This document shows, in pieces, positions 22,044 to 32,610 of a stretch of DNA of 64,000 bases (its first letter is position 1; the number at the start of each line of letters is the position of its first letter). Source of the DNA: Cyanophyceae cyanobacterium. GTDB lineage: Bacteria; Cyanobacteriota; Cyanobacteriia; Cyanobacteriales; JBHJGN01. The notes below the pieces were generated by a model, which ran no database searches, was not told where the DNA came from, and saw only the letters and a program-made list of their open reading frames with translations. The stretch spans positions 73,661 through 137,660 of the forward strand of contig JBHJGN010000001.1 of the NCBI GenBank assembly GCA_050331735.1, given 5' to 3'. The position numbers and the translations under genes are program-made.

Positions 22044-25000
22044 TTGCTAGCTTATCGTTGGCTCAGGAAATTCGCTGTGCAAAAGAAATCTCTCACCGGA
22101 AAAACGACGATTCCAGAATATCTCGACCAAGCAGAGTTCAAGGGAGAAGTTTTGCTTCAACTTGGACAAATGCTTCAGATGTTGAAGCAAGGGAATCACC
22201 CCGAATGCCGCAAACAGCTACAGGAGCAATGTCAGCAGCTATCAGAGCTTGGCCAAGAAGCCAAGCTTTATCAGTGGGTGACGCTGCTGCAAACGGCTCA
22301 AAGAGCGATCGCCAATCGCGACAATCCGTTTCAGGAAACGGCGAAAAGAATTATCAGAGATATCAAACGGGCGTTAGAAAAAGTAATAGCAGGCTGCGGT
22401 GATGAAATTGAACTCACTCAAGAACTGCAAGCTCTTGCTCCTCTTGAAAAGAGTTTAGAAGAGCCGCAATCAGTATCCAAACCTTCTGAAGGGGAGGCTA
22501 GCTCCCCCTCTGATGAGCTGCTCTCGCTGTTTGCGGATGTCTCTGATGAGGCTCGAACTGTCATCGAAGCGCCGCCTGACGACTTCGGCGACTACTGGCT
22601 TGAGGCAGCATCAGCCGCCGATCCTCCAGAATCAGCGGCTGAATTGGCCAGCTTGTTTAGCTCCTCTGAAGCGACTGAGGATGCGGCAACTCCGTCTTTA
22701 ACCGACGAGAGCAGCTTATTTGGCGAGACGGAAGCGGAATTGAGTTCGTCCGATGAAATTCTTGAGCTGTTTGAGCCTGAGCCATCGAGCCAGCAAACAG
22801 ACTCAGCCGATGCCCCGGTAGAGTTAGCAAGCCTGTGGGAGGATGAAGACGAACCAGAGTTATTAGCTGCCGCTCAGCCAGAGCCGTTGTTGTCGCCAGA
22901 CCTGACAACCGACGATTTCACCGTCCGTGATTCTGAATCGATGCCGCCGTCAGCAATACTAGCCCGTCAAGATTGGGAACTCGTTTACTATGGTCTTGAC
23001 GAGCTAGAGGCTTTGCTCGAGCAAACCCCTCAAACCTGGTTTGCGTCTTTTGATGAGTTAGAAGCGTCGCTAGCAGGCGACTCCAGCGAGCAGGCGAATT
23101 TCTTGGAGTCGTTAGGGAGCCCCCTCGAGGCGCTGCCTGATAGCGAGCGTCAGCTACTAGACGAGGGGACTACCGAGCTTCAGAAACTGCTCGAGGAGGC
23201 CAGCCAAGTAACGCCACAGCCTCAATCGGCCAGTAGCCAACCGCTGGCGACAGCGTTTGAACAAACCATGCGGGTGCCAGTGAAGCAGTTGGATACTTTA
23301 AATAACCTCATTGGGGAACTGGTCGTCAACCGCAATACCCTCGAGCAAGATCATGGCAGGCTGCGGCAGTTTTTAGACAGTTTACTGCATTACGTCCAGG
23401 GTCTGAGCGATATTGGCGGTAGAATGCAGGAACTCTACGAGCGATCGCTGCTGGAGGGAGCACTGCTAGCAAGCCGTCACGGAGAGCGCAACGATTGGTC
23501 TGAACCGAGCGCTAGCAGTAGCGATCGCAGTCTTAATGCCCTAGAGATGGACAGATTTACGGGCTTTCATACCCTCTCCCAAGAGATGATTGAACTGATC
23601 GTGCGCGTCCGAGAGTCTGCTTCGGATATCCAGTTTTTGGTAGACAATACCGAACAGGTTTCTCTATCCCTCCAGCAAATTACCTCTCAGCTTCAAGAAG
23701 GTCTCAATAAAGCGCGCATGGTGCCTTTTTCTCAAACGGCAGACCGTTTACCCAGAGCCGTTCGGGAAATTTCGCGGCGCTTAAATAAGCAAGCGCAGCT
23801 CAAAGTAGAAGGACGAGATGTTCTCATCGATAAGATGCTCCTCGAGCAGCTCTACGATCCGATGACTCATTTGGTGAACAACGCCATTACTCACGGCATC
23901 GAATCGCCAGAAGAACGCCAGCAGCAAGGGAAACCTCTCTGCGGTCAGGTGACCGTTAGTGCTTTTCTCCAGGGAAATCAAACGATCATTTCCATTGCCG
24001 ATGATGGCGCGGGCATTGATTCGCGCAAAGTCAAAGCAAAAGCCTTAGAAAAAGGACTGCTCTCCCCGGCCAAGGCTAAAGCTCTGGCGCATCAAGATTG
24101 CTACGAATTTTTGTTTCATCCCGGTTTTAGCACCAAAGACAAAGCGGACGACTTCGCCGGTCGCGGAGTGGGGATGGATGTAGTGCGGACCAGTCTAGAG
24201 GCCATTCGCGGCAAGATTGGCATTGATTCTACTCTGGGGAAAGGCACGACCTTTACCGTTCGTCTGCCGCTAACGCTCAGCATTTGTAAGGCTCTCTGCT
24301 GTTTGAGCAATCAGTTCCGCATTGCTTTTCCCATGGATGGCGTAGAAGACATGCAGGACTACGCCGCGTCAGATATTCAGACCGATGCAGAGGGTCAGCC
24401 GTGCGTTCCGTGGCGCAATACCCTCCTGCCTTTCCGTTCTCTCAAAGAACTGCTGTCCTATCGTCGCTCGGTTGGTCGGAGAATGAGAGGCACTCAGTCA
24501 GAAGACACCGTGTCGATTGTCGTCCTGCGAGGAGCGGGAACCTTACTCGCTGTCGAGGTCGAACGGGTACTTGGGGAGCAGGAAATCGTCATTAAGCAAA
24601 TTGAAGGCCCCATTCCTAAGCCTTTGGGCATTGCCGGAGCAACTGTACTTGGAGACGGTAGCGTCATGGCCATTGGTGATGTGCTGGAATTAATTGAAAT
24701 CGCTCAAGGAAATCACAGCCTAGAGGGGCAGCTCTGGCAGAAGACCATTATTTATGCTCAACCAGAGGCGATCGTCGATCAAAAACCAGCGGTGTTAATT
24801 GTTGACGACTCCATTACTGTTCGAGAACTGTTGTCGATCAGCTTTAGTAATGCCGGATATCGCGTTGAGCAAGCACGAGACGGCTCAGAAGCCTGGGAAA
24901 AGCTTCGCTCTGGACTAGCGTGCGATATCATTTTCTGCGACGTAGAAATGCCGAGAATGAACGGTCTAGAACTACTCTCCTGTCTGCAAAAAGACGAACG

Positions 25001-25619
25001 GTTAGCGTCGATTCCGGTGGCCTTACTGACCTCTCGCGGTGCAGCCCGTCATCGTCAAGTTGCCGTTGAGCTTGGAGCTAGAGGATACTTCACCAAACCT
25101 TACACCGAGAAAGATTTGTTGGATGCGGCGCAAAAGATGATTGCTGGAGAAGTGTTAGTCTCTGGCAGTCCTCGATCTAAATCAACAGCAGATAAACCGC
25201 CAGAAGACGCAGAACCACCGGCAGAACCAACCGTGCTCATTGTCGATGACTCAGTGATGGTGCGAGAAATGCTGTCGATGACGTTTAAAAAAGCCGGTTA
25301 TCAAGTGGAACAAGCCAGAGATGGACAAGATGCCCTGGAAAAGCTGCGCTCTAGCTTGCCCATCGATCTCGTTTTCTGCGACATCGAGATGCCGAGAATG
25401 AACGGACTAGACCTGTTAGCCCGTCTTCAGCAAGATCCCACGCTTTCTCAGCTCCCCGTAGCGATGATTACTTCCAGAGGAGCCGAACGTCACCGCAATA
25501 TTGCCCAAGAACGAGGAGCTAAGGGCTATTTTACTAAACCCTACATCGAGAAGACCCTCTTAGAAGCAGCGAAGGAATTACTCAAAGGAGAAAACCTCAT
25601 GGCGCAAGCAGCCGATTAA
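22044..25619 (+). CDS. CheA-like hybrid kinase (PilL/HmpE type) with CheW and two receiver domains
   Basis: MRVPVKQLDTLNNLIGELV, HLVNNAITHG, GRGVGMDVV, CheW-like region, two VDDS...D(V/I)EMPRMNG receivers; start codon uncertain. Confidence 0.9.
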   Translation: MLAYRWLRKFAVQKKSLTGKTTIPEYLDQAEFKGEVLLQLGQMLQMLKQGNHPECRKQLQEQCQQLSELGQEAKLYQWVTLLQTAQRAIANRDNPFQETAKRIIRDIKRALEKVIAGCGDEIELTQELQALAPLEKSLEEPQSVSKPSEGEASSPSDELLSLFADVSDEARTVIEAPPDDFGDYWLEAASAADPPESAAELASLFSSSEATEDAATPSLTDESSLFGETEAELSSSDEILELFEPEPSSQQTDSADAPVELASLWEDEDEPELLAAAQPEPLLSPDLTTDDFTVRDSESMPPSAILARQDWELVYYGLDELEALLEQTPQTWFASFDELEASLAGDSSEQANFLESLGSPLEALPDSERQLLDEGTTELQKLLEEASQVTPQPQSASSQPLATAFEQTMRVPVKQLDTLNNLIGELVVNRNTLEQDHGRLRQFLDSLLHYVQGLSDIGGRMQELYERSLLEGALLASRHGERNDWSEPSASSSDRSLNALEMDRFTGFHTLSQEMIELIVRVRESASDIQFLVDNTEQVSLSLQQITSQLQEGLNKARMVPFSQTADRLPRAVREISRRLNKQAQLKVEGRDVLIDKMLLEQLYDPMTHLVNNAITHGIESPEERQQQGKPLCGQVTVSAFLQGNQTIISIADDGAGIDSRKVKAKALEKGLLSPAKAKALAHQDCYEFLFHPGFSTKDKADDFAGRGVGMDVVRTSLEAIRGKIGIDSTLGKGTTFTVRLPLTLSICKALCCLSNQFRIAFPMDGVEDMQDYAASDIQTDAEGQPCVPWRNTLLPFRSLKELLSYRRSVGRRMRGTQSEDTVSIVVLRGAGTLLAVEVERVLGEQEIVIKQIEGPIPKPLGIAGATVLGDGSVMAIGDVLELIEIAQGNHSLEGQLWQKTIIYAQPEAIVDQKPAVLIVDDSITVRELLSISFSNAGYRVEQARDGSEAWEKLRSGLACDIIFCDVEMPRMNGLELLSCLQKDERLASIPVALLTSRGAARHRQVAVELGARGYFTKPYTEKDLLDAAQKMIAGEVLVSGSPRSKSTADKPPEDAEPPAEPTVLIVDDSVMVREMLSMTFKKAGYQVEQARDGQDALEKLRSSLPIDLVFCDIEMPRMNGLDLLARLQQDPTLSQLPVAMITSRGAERHRNIAQERGAKGYFTKPYIEKTLLEAAKELLKGENLMAQAAD

Positions 25620-25620
25620 G

Positions 25621-25818
25621 TCCCTTCGGGACGGGAAAAGGGGAAACAGTTCCTGCGGAACGGGGAAGGGGGAAAGGAAAATTCCTCCGGGACGGGGAAA
25701 GAACACAGAATCAAGGACTAGGCTGAGTAACCCCCTTTACCCTTTTCCCCTTCCCCTTTTCCCGCGCCTGTGGCGCTATTCCCTTTACCCTTTACCCTTT
25801 ACCCGCGCCGACGGCGCT
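25621..25818. repeat. Heptamer-rich repeat element related to 21748-21969
   Basis: GGGAAAAGGGG / CCCTTTA arrays and CCCGCGCCTGTGGCGC ends. Confidence 0.6.
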
Positions 25819-25858
25819 AAAATAGCGACAGACGAAAATTCAACAGATCGTTAACACA

Positions 25859-27448
25859 ATGCTTCTCAAAATCTCTCAGAAACAATTTTTGGCGTGTTCT
25901 TTTTTCCTGGGGTTGCTTTTTAGCCCATCCGTCAGAGCTGAAGAGATCGAAATTAAAGTTGGCATTGTTCAGCGCTTTGGAGATGAAGAGACTGATGAAC
26001 TGACCATCGCCTCTCCTCAAGGAGATACGCTCACTCTCCGGGGTGAAGCGGTGGAGCTAGAGGCCAACCAAGTCGAACTAGAAGTGGAAATGCGGCCTTT
26101 GGCTATACCGGCGGTGGAAGAACGGTTGGTGCTCAGCGATCACGCCACCTTTGAAACAGCAGAATACAGCGCTCAACAGTGGGAAGCCCTTGGCATTGAA
26201 GTAGAAGTCACTCAGCCCGAACGCTGGCAGGTCTGGGCCAAACGAGACGTGTATGAAACTCCGCTGCTGCGTCGGTGGCTGTTGCAGAGTCTCCAGGCTC
26301 AAGGATACGCCGAGCCGTATTTAGATACTCAGGTTGTTTTAGAGAAGCCGCAGATTATTTTAAATGTTGATGGCGATCGCACGGCGGTCAGCGAGCTAGA
26401 AATTACCGCAGCAGGGGCGTTGATCCAGGTGAAAGAAGCCCCGGAGCAGAAAACTCACCTTTATCCAGGCTCTCTCAAGCTTCAGCCCAATGCCTACGGC
26501 ACGTTTACCTTAGTTAATGAAGTCCCCTTAGAAAGCTACCTGCGGGGCGTGGTTCCTCACGAAATTGGTCCAGCGGCCCCGAAAGGAGCCGCCGAAGCGC
26601 AGGCTATTATTGCTCGGACCTATGCCCTCCGGAATCTGCGGCGGTTTCAAGCGGACAACTATGAGCTGTGCGCGAGCGTTCACTGCCAGGTTTATTTTGG
26701 GTTAGCCGACACTCATCCCCAGGCCGACCAGTCGATCGCCGCGACCCGAGGCTTGGTGTTAACCTATCAAAATGAACTAGTAGACGCGCTGTATTCCTCT
26801 ACTACCGGCGGGATTACGGCCCCGTTCAGCGATATTTGGAACGGCAGCGATCGCCCCTACCTTAAAGCCGTAATCGACTCGCCTCAGCCGGTTTGGGATC
26901 TTTCTCAACGCTCCTTGGCTGACGAACAGGCGTTTCGGGACTTTATTTCCCTCCAGCAGGGATTCAATGAAACGGGCCGAAACGTTTTTCGCTGGAGCAA
27001 GCAGGGCGACCTCGAGCAGCTCAACGAAGATTTACAGAAGTATCTAGAGAAAACTAATCATCCTCTGGCTGACTTCAACACCATTGAGAGCCTGGAGATC
27101 GTCGAGCGATCGCCCTCGGGCCGAATTCTCAAGCTGATCGTGCAAACGGATCGGGGTTTGCTCGAACTGCATAAAACTGAGGTTCGCAGTGCTTTGGGTC
27201 CGCCCCGCAGTACGCTATTCTACATCGAGCCGATTTACGACGAAGCGCAAGTCCTCAAAGGATACACCTTTATTGGTGGTGGTTTCGGTCACGGGGTAGG
27301 CTTAAGTCAGTTTGGTTCCTACAATCTGGCCAATCTCGGCTGGTCTGCTGAGCAAATTTTGTCTTTCTACTACCCCGGCACCACTCTCCAGTCTCTTGAC
27401 GAATCTGTTGTCTTTTGGCGGGCAGAAAAACCAAAAGAGCTAAATTAG
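25859..27448 (+). CDS. SpoIID/LytB domain protein
   Basis: LESYLRGVVPHE, AQAIIARTYA, CQVY, GFGHGVGLSQFG. Confidence 0.92.
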   Translation: MLLKISQKQFLACSFFLGLLFSPSVRAEEIEIKVGIVQRFGDEETDELTIASPQGDTLTLRGEAVELEANQVELEVEMRPLAIPAVEERLVLSDHATFETAEYSAQQWEALGIEVEVTQPERWQVWAKRDVYETPLLRRWLLQSLQAQGYAEPYLDTQVVLEKPQIILNVDGDRTAVSELEITAAGALIQVKEAPEQKTHLYPGSLKLQPNAYGTFTLVNEVPLESYLRGVVPHEIGPAAPKGAAEAQAIIARTYALRNLRRFQADNYELCASVHCQVYFGLADTHPQADQSIAATRGLVLTYQNELVDALYSSTTGGITAPFSDIWNGSDRPYLKAVIDSPQPVWDLSQRSLADEQAFRDFISLQQGFNETGRNVFRWSKQGDLEQLNEDLQKYLEKTNHPLADFNTIESLEIVERSPSGRILKLIVQTDRGLLELHKTEVRSALGPPRSTLFYIEPIYDEAQVLKGYTFIGGGFGHGVGLSQFGSYNLANLGWSAEQILSFYYPGTTLQSLDESVVFWRAEKPKELN

Positions 27449-27485
27449 AGGTGTAGAAAAGCGAGATAGCGTTCTGAAGGATGTT

Positions 27486-28226
27486 ATGTCTGAACCACTT
27501 CTTGAAGTCCCTTACGTAGCGCTTCCGCCAACTCAGGACGAGCTACCGTGCGATGACGATATTCCGATGGAAACTCAGCGCCACAAATTCCAGATGGATT
27601 TACTCATCGAGCAACTGCTGCTGTGGCTGGAGACGCGAGACAACGGCTATGTTAGTGGCAATATGTTTGTTTACTACAGCATGGCGCAGATTCGCAATCA
27701 GGACTTTCGGGGGCCGGATTTTTTTGCCGTTTTAGGCGTTCCTAAAAAAGAACGTAAAAGCTGGGTCGTTTGGGAAGAAGGCAAGGGCCCCGATGTGGTC
27801 ATTGAACTGTTGTCTGACAGCACCAGAGATCAAGACAAGACGGAGAAAAAAGCCATCTATCAAAACCAGATGCGCGTTCCAGAATACTTCTGGTTCGATC
27901 CGTTTAACCCTCAAGACTGGGCTGGTTTTGCCTTACGAGATGGAGTTTACGAACCCCTGGTGACAGACTGCCAACGCTTTGTGAGTCAGCAGTTACAGTT
28001 AGCTTTGGTTCAGTGGGACGGAACCTATAGAGGCGTGAATACCACTTGGCTGCGATGGGCAACCTTAGCTGGAGAACTACTGCCGACAGAGCGAGAAAAA
28101 GCGACGCAAGAAGAGCAGCGGGCCGAGCAAGCTGAACAGCGGGCCGAGCAAGCTGAACAGCGGGCTAGAGAGTTAGCCGCACAACTGCGAGCAATGGGCA
28201 TCGAACCAGAAGGCGATCGCTTTTAA
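27486..28226 (+). CDS. Uma2 family endonuclease-like protein with coiled-coil tail
   Basis: PDFF, PDVVIELLS, VPEYFWFDP. Confidence 0.92.
   Translation: MSEPLLEVPYVALPPTQDELPCDDDIPMETQRHKFQMDLLIEQLLLWLETRDNGYVSGNMFVYYSMAQIRNQDFRGPDFFAVLGVPKKERKSWVVWEEGKGPDVVIELLSDSTRDQDKTEKKAIYQNQMRVPEYFWFDPFNPQDWAGFALRDGVYEPLVTDCQRFVSQQLQLALVQWDGTYRGVNTTWLRWATLAGELLPTEREKATQEEQRAEQAEQRAEQAEQRARELAAQLRAMGIEPEGDRF
28113..28166 (+). repeat. 21-nt tandem repeat encoding EQRAEQA
   Basis: GA(G/A)CAGCGGGCCGAGCAAGCT, about 2.5 copies. Confidence 0.85.
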
Positions 28227-28804
28227 GCTAAAGATAGAATAAGCAGTCCGCCGTCAGCAGGATGCCTCTTGGCTTTTCTCTTCACCTCAGTCTTAGCATT
28301 TTAGAGAAAGAGCAGACAATTTCATCCTTCTGGAGAAACACTGTTGAAAGTTTAATAACCGTGAGGCAGCGGATTAGGCACGTCAACATCGAGTTGCAGC
28401 GCTCTCCCAATTTTGATCAGGAATTATTTAATAAAGAATTAAGAGTTTAAATTGGGCAACGGATATACTTTATCAGTCTTAAGAAGTATGCTTTTTGAAG
28501 TATCCGTTTGTCTGCTTACTCCCAGGTTGTACCGTCTCTGATCGATTTACTATGAAATACTGTCATTGGTCTGTCGATTGTTTTACGTTTTGAGCTCAAG
28601 CCTTGCCTTCATCTATCGCAGGAAGTTAAGTCTCTAACAAGGCAGCTTCACACAAGGCAGTATGAGCAATTTTCAAGTTCTGTAAAGCGAAGAATCAGCA
28701 AGGCTAAGGCTAGCTCCCCTTTTGGGCTATTGCCGCCCAAATGCGGACCTAGCATAGTACTCACTGGTATCTCTACTCAGCCGGATTCATACACAGTGCT
28801 CATT

Positions 28805-29497
28805 ATGTCTGCGTTAGAAAATCAGTTACTGGCTAACTTACCCTCCACCGAGTGGCAGCGACTTTCGCCGCACCTCAAGCGGGTTTCTCTTCAGGCAGGA
28901 CAAGTCCTTTACAATCCAGGAGAAACAATCAATCAGGTGTATTTTCCGACTGGGGCTTTAATTTCAATTGTCTCTGTCCAGGAAGATTTATCGGTAGAAA
29001 TTGGTTTAATTGGTTATCAAGGAGTATTGGGACTTCCGGCGCTATTAGGAGATGGCGTTGTGACCAGTCGTAAAATTGTGCAAATTTCTGGGAGTGCTTT
29101 AGAGCTTGATGTTGAAGTTTTTAGAGCGGAATTTCATCGCGCTCAAGAGTTGCACAGACGACTCCTGCTGCACATACAGGCAATGTTGCTACAGGTGACT
29201 CAAACGGCTGTTTGTCGAGCAAACTATACGATCAAGGAGCAGCTTGCCTACTGGTTACTGTTGATTCAAGACTGCGTACAGAGGGAAGAACTGCCGCTGA
29301 CTCAGCAGTTTATCGGCAGAATGCTTAATACCCGTCGTGCCAGTATTTCCGAAGCGGCCAGTAGCCTGAGCCAAGCTGGAATGATTGACTACAGCCGAGG
29401 CAAGATCAAGATCCTCAATCGCTCAGCCTTAGAAGCTGCCGCCTGCCCCCCTTATCGCTTGCTAAAGCGAGAAGAAGACCGATTATATAACACCTAG
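28805..29497 (+). CDS. Crp/Fnr family transcriptional regulator
   Basis: NQLLANLP, cNMP-binding region, LPLTQQFIGRMLNTRRASISEA helix-turn-helix. Confidence 0.9.
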   Translation: MSALENQLLANLPSTEWQRLSPHLKRVSLQAGQVLYNPGETINQVYFPTGALISIVSVQEDLSVEIGLIGYQGVLGLPALLGDGVVTSRKIVQISGSALELDVEVFRAEFHRAQELHRRLLLHIQAMLLQVTQTAVCRANYTIKEQLAYWLLLIQDCVQREELPLTQQFIGRMLNTRRASISEAASSLSQAGMIDYSRGKIKILNRSALEAAACPPYRLLKREEDRLYNT

Positions 29498-29599
29498 CGG
29501 GCGGGGGCAGGACAAGCCCACTGTTTTAAGCGATCGCGCTTCAGTTTGAATATGAGCGTTACTTGTCGAGAGCGGTTGTCGAAATGTTCAACATGACCA

Positions 29600-29629
29600 A
29601 ATAAAAAGCCCGCACTAGAGGCGGACTTC
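29600..29629 (-). terminator. Intrinsic terminator, probably the original typA terminator
   Basis: Minus strand AAGTCCGC-CTCTAGT-GCGGGCTT-TTTATTT. Confidence 0.65.
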
Positions 29630-29644
29630 TCTGACAATTAATTC

Positions 29645-30113
29645 GTGACATTCTCCCGACTCTGACTCTCCGAGTACAGAGCGGGCTTCATGAGATCACT
29701 CTCAATCAATTTCCTGCTTCATTCGGTCGTTTCTAGACATAGTTAACCGATGCTATCTACATCCCCGATAGAACCCGTCCACAGGCAGTTTGTTTATAGT
29801 CCACTTGATAGACCCACAGCAGACTTATTATGTATTGAAATGAAAACCAGAACATCTTACTTTCTGTTTGACGAGGTAGGGCTTGCCTTTCTGGCAAAGG
29901 TCAGAGGGAATTGACTCGTCATGTTGTGTACAGAGATCTAGCAAAAGACTAGACAAGAAACACCTTTTATTCATTACCTATTTCTAGGCTTCCTATTAGG
30001 AATTATCTTTATCATTCTAACATATAGTCCGACTCCCGTAATTGCTCCTTGTCAGTCGCGCGCTCCCTATCCCGACGCTCGCTTTCAGCAGAGCGCGGGG
30101 CTTCCGCGCCCAG
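29645..30113 (-). mobile_element. Non-autonomous IS200/IS605-family derivative with TnpB omega-RNA-like right end
   Basis: Minus strand: left end CTGGGCGCGGAAGCCCCGCGCTCTG...GAGCGTCGGGA; right end GCCTGTGGA...TGAAGCAGGAA...GAAGCCCGCTCTGTAC...CAGAGTCGGGAGAATGTCAC; no transposase ORF. Confidence 0.7.
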
Positions 30114-31907
30114 CTAACGCTTCGCTAACTTTTTGGTTGCCATCTTGCGGAGGCGAATCGACTCTGGCGTTATCTCTACCAGTTCGTCGGAACCAATGTA
30201 TTCTAACGCTCGCTCTAAGCTCATCTCCACCGGAGTCTGCAACTGTACTAGCTCGTCTCCCGTTGCGGAACGGTGATTAGTAAGCTGTTTCGTCTTGCAG
30301 ACGTTGAGATCGAGGTCTTGGGGACGGTTGTGTTCGCCCACGATCATGCCCTTATAAACCTTAGTTCCCGGAGAAATAAAGAAAACACCGCGGTCTTCAG
30401 CATTCTTGAGAGCATAAAATGTTGCCGTTCCCTCTTCAAAGGCAATAATGACGCCGTTGTAGCGCGTCTCTAGATCTCCGCACAGCGGACGGTATTCTAA
30501 GAAGCTGTGGTTCATAATGCCTTCACCGCGAGTAAGGCGGACAAAATCGCCTCGGAAACCAATCAGTCCTCGCGCCGGAATCACAAACTCTAGCTGAGTA
30601 CGTCCGTTAGTGCCAACCTGCATATCCTGCATTTCTCCCTTGCGCTGACCGAGGCGCTCGATGCAGCTACCGTTGGCTTCTTCGGGAACATCTAGGACTA
30701 AATACTCGTAAGGCTCACAGGGTTGACCGTTGACCTCCCGATAAATCACCTGCGGCTGAGATACCTGAAACTCGTAGCCCTCGCGCCGCATCGTTTCGAT
30801 GAGGATGCCGAGGTGGAGTTCGCCGCGTCCTGAGACCGCAAACTTATCGGGAGAATCGGTTGGTTCGACGCGCAGCGCTACGTTGGTTTCCAGTTCGCGC
30901 ATCAGGCGATCGCGCAACTGCCTCGAGGTAACATAGCTTCCTTCCTGTCCAGCAAAGGGAGAATCGTTCACCGAAAAGGTCATTTGCAGCGTTGGTTCGT
31001 CCACCTTAATCAGGGGGAGAGCCTGCGGCTCGTCGGGACAGGTAATGGTTTCGCCAATATTAGCATCAGCAAATCCAGCGACTGCCACAATGTTACCAGC
31101 GCTGGCTTCTGCTAGCTCAACTCGCTGAAGTCCTTCAAATCCTAACAGCTTCGTCACCTTTGCCTTAGAAACGTTGCCGTCTTCCTGAACGATTGCTGCC
31201 TGCTGACCCGCTCTAATAGTTCCGTTGTGGATTCTGCCAATCACAATTCGCCCTAGGTACTCAGAATAATCTAGCGTCGTTACCTGAAGCTGAAGCGGCT
31301 TGGTCGGATCGCCCACTGGAGGAGCGACGTGGTGTAGAATCGCTTCAAACAGAGGCTGCATATCGGACCCTTCGGCTTCCAGCTCTTCTTTGGCAAAGCC
31401 TTCTAACCCAGAAGCGTAGAGAGTCGTAAAGTCGCACTGATCGTCGTCTGCTCCTAACTCAACAAACAGATCGAACACTTTATCAACTGCCTCATCAGGA
31501 TGAGCATTGGGACGATCAATTTTATTGACAACAACAATCGGACGCAGCCCTTTTTCCAACGCTTTTTTAAGCACGAATCGCGTTTGCGGCATCGGTCCTT
31601 CATTGGCATCGACAATCAAGATGCAGCCATCGACCATGCCTAGCACTCGCTCGACCTCGCCCCCAAAATCGGCGTGTCCTGGCGTATCAACAATGTTAAT
31701 CAGAGTATCTTTGTAATGAACGGCTGTGTTTTTCGACAGAATTGTAATGCCCCGTTCTCGCTCTAGGTCATTGGAGTCCATAACGCAGATTGGAACGTCT
31801 TCCCCCTCACGAAAAATACCGGACTGTTTGAGGAGAGCATCAACCAGCGTTGTTTTACCGTGGTCAACGTGGGCAATAATCGCGACGTTGCGAATGGGAA
31901 GAGACAT
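30114..31907 (-). CDS. typA: Translational GTPase TypA/BipA
   Basis: [35 protein letters not shown] at 31907. Confidence 0.97.
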   Translation of the reverse strand: MSLPIRNVAIIAHVDHGKTTLVDALLKQSGIFREGEDVPICVMDSNDLERERGITILSKNTAVHYKDTLINIVDTPGHADFGGEVERVLGMVDGCILIVDANEGPMPQTRFVLKKALEKGLRPIVVVNKIDRPNAHPDEAVDKVFDLFVELGADDDQCDFTTLYASGLEGFAKEELEAEGSDMQPLFEAILHHVAPPVGDPTKPLQLQVTTLDYSEYLGRIVIGRIHNGTIRAGQQAAIVQEDGNVSKAKVTKLLGFEGLQRVELAEASAGNIVAVAGFADANIGETITCPDEPQALPLIKVDEPTLQMTFSVNDSPFAGQEGSYVTSRQLRDRLMRELETNVALRVEPTDSPDKFAVSGRGELHLGILIETMRREGYEFQVSQPQVIYREVNGQPCEPYEYLVLDVPEEANGSCIERLGQRKGEMQDMQVGTNGRTQLEFVIPARGLIGFRGDFVRLTRGEGIMNHSFLEYRPLCGDLETRYNGVIIAFEEGTATFYALKNAEDRGVFFISPGTKVYKGMIVGEHNRPQDLDLNVCKTKQLTNHRSATGDELVQLQTPVEMSLERALEYIGSDELVEITPESIRLRKMATKKLAKR

Positions 31908-31998
31908 AATTAAATATTCAGTAGCTAGAGTTAGCCAGTAAAGATTTATTAATAATTTTAGCTTACACTCGGATTTCTGTCTTATTACCCTCCTCAAA

Positions 31999-32299
31999 GC
32001 GTTGCAGGCGCAAGAGAAGCCGCTTCAGCTTTCGCGCTCGGGAAAAGGTCCAAGGATCAGGGGGAGAGAGGATGGTTGTTAAGCTTATTTTTTGCTTCTA
32101 TGTTCTTGTCCTACACCGGACAAATTTTCCTTGGCCCTTTTCCCCGTTGCGGAGCAATTTCCCCTTTCCCCTGTCTTGGTGCGCGTTCCCTTGCGTCTTT
32201 CGCCGACGCGGGGTCGCACCGCTTCCCCGTCCCGTCAGGGACAATTTCCCCTGTTTCCCCGACACCGCATCTGTTGCTTTACTTTCCAGAGATGGTATG
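31999..32299. repeat. Degenerate heptamer/MITE-like repeat
   Basis: CCCCGTTGCGGAGCAA (reverse complement present at ~21778-21793) and CCCCGTCCC...GGGACAATTTCCCC shared with the 21748 element; 39-bp end shared with 39477-39515. Confidence 0.55.
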
Positions 32300-32610
32300 A
32301 AATTAAGCGATCGCCACTGTCAACTGTTACCTATGTCATCCAGCTTGACAAAGCAAGCCTTGACTAGGCCCATTTCCTCGTATTTTGAATAGCCTCCCCA
32401 TCGCTGTCAAGGACTGCGATGGCTACTGTGTAAGCCTGTGTAAAAGTTTGGCCTCTTCTAACTAACTTTTGTATCGAAAACAACATCTTTATGGGTTCTT
32501 TAGACAAGATCGAAGTATGCCCATAGCAAACTCATTACGAGTTTGCCTTCAATTCAAATCAAATTTTTTCACAAATTCTTGTTGAAGCGTTTTTAAGAGG
32601 AAAATTAACG

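Noticed and set aside
28262..28450. 62-aa ORF (also 33328-33543 and 60822-61010)
   Set aside because: No recognisable motif or convincing RBS; cannot be supported
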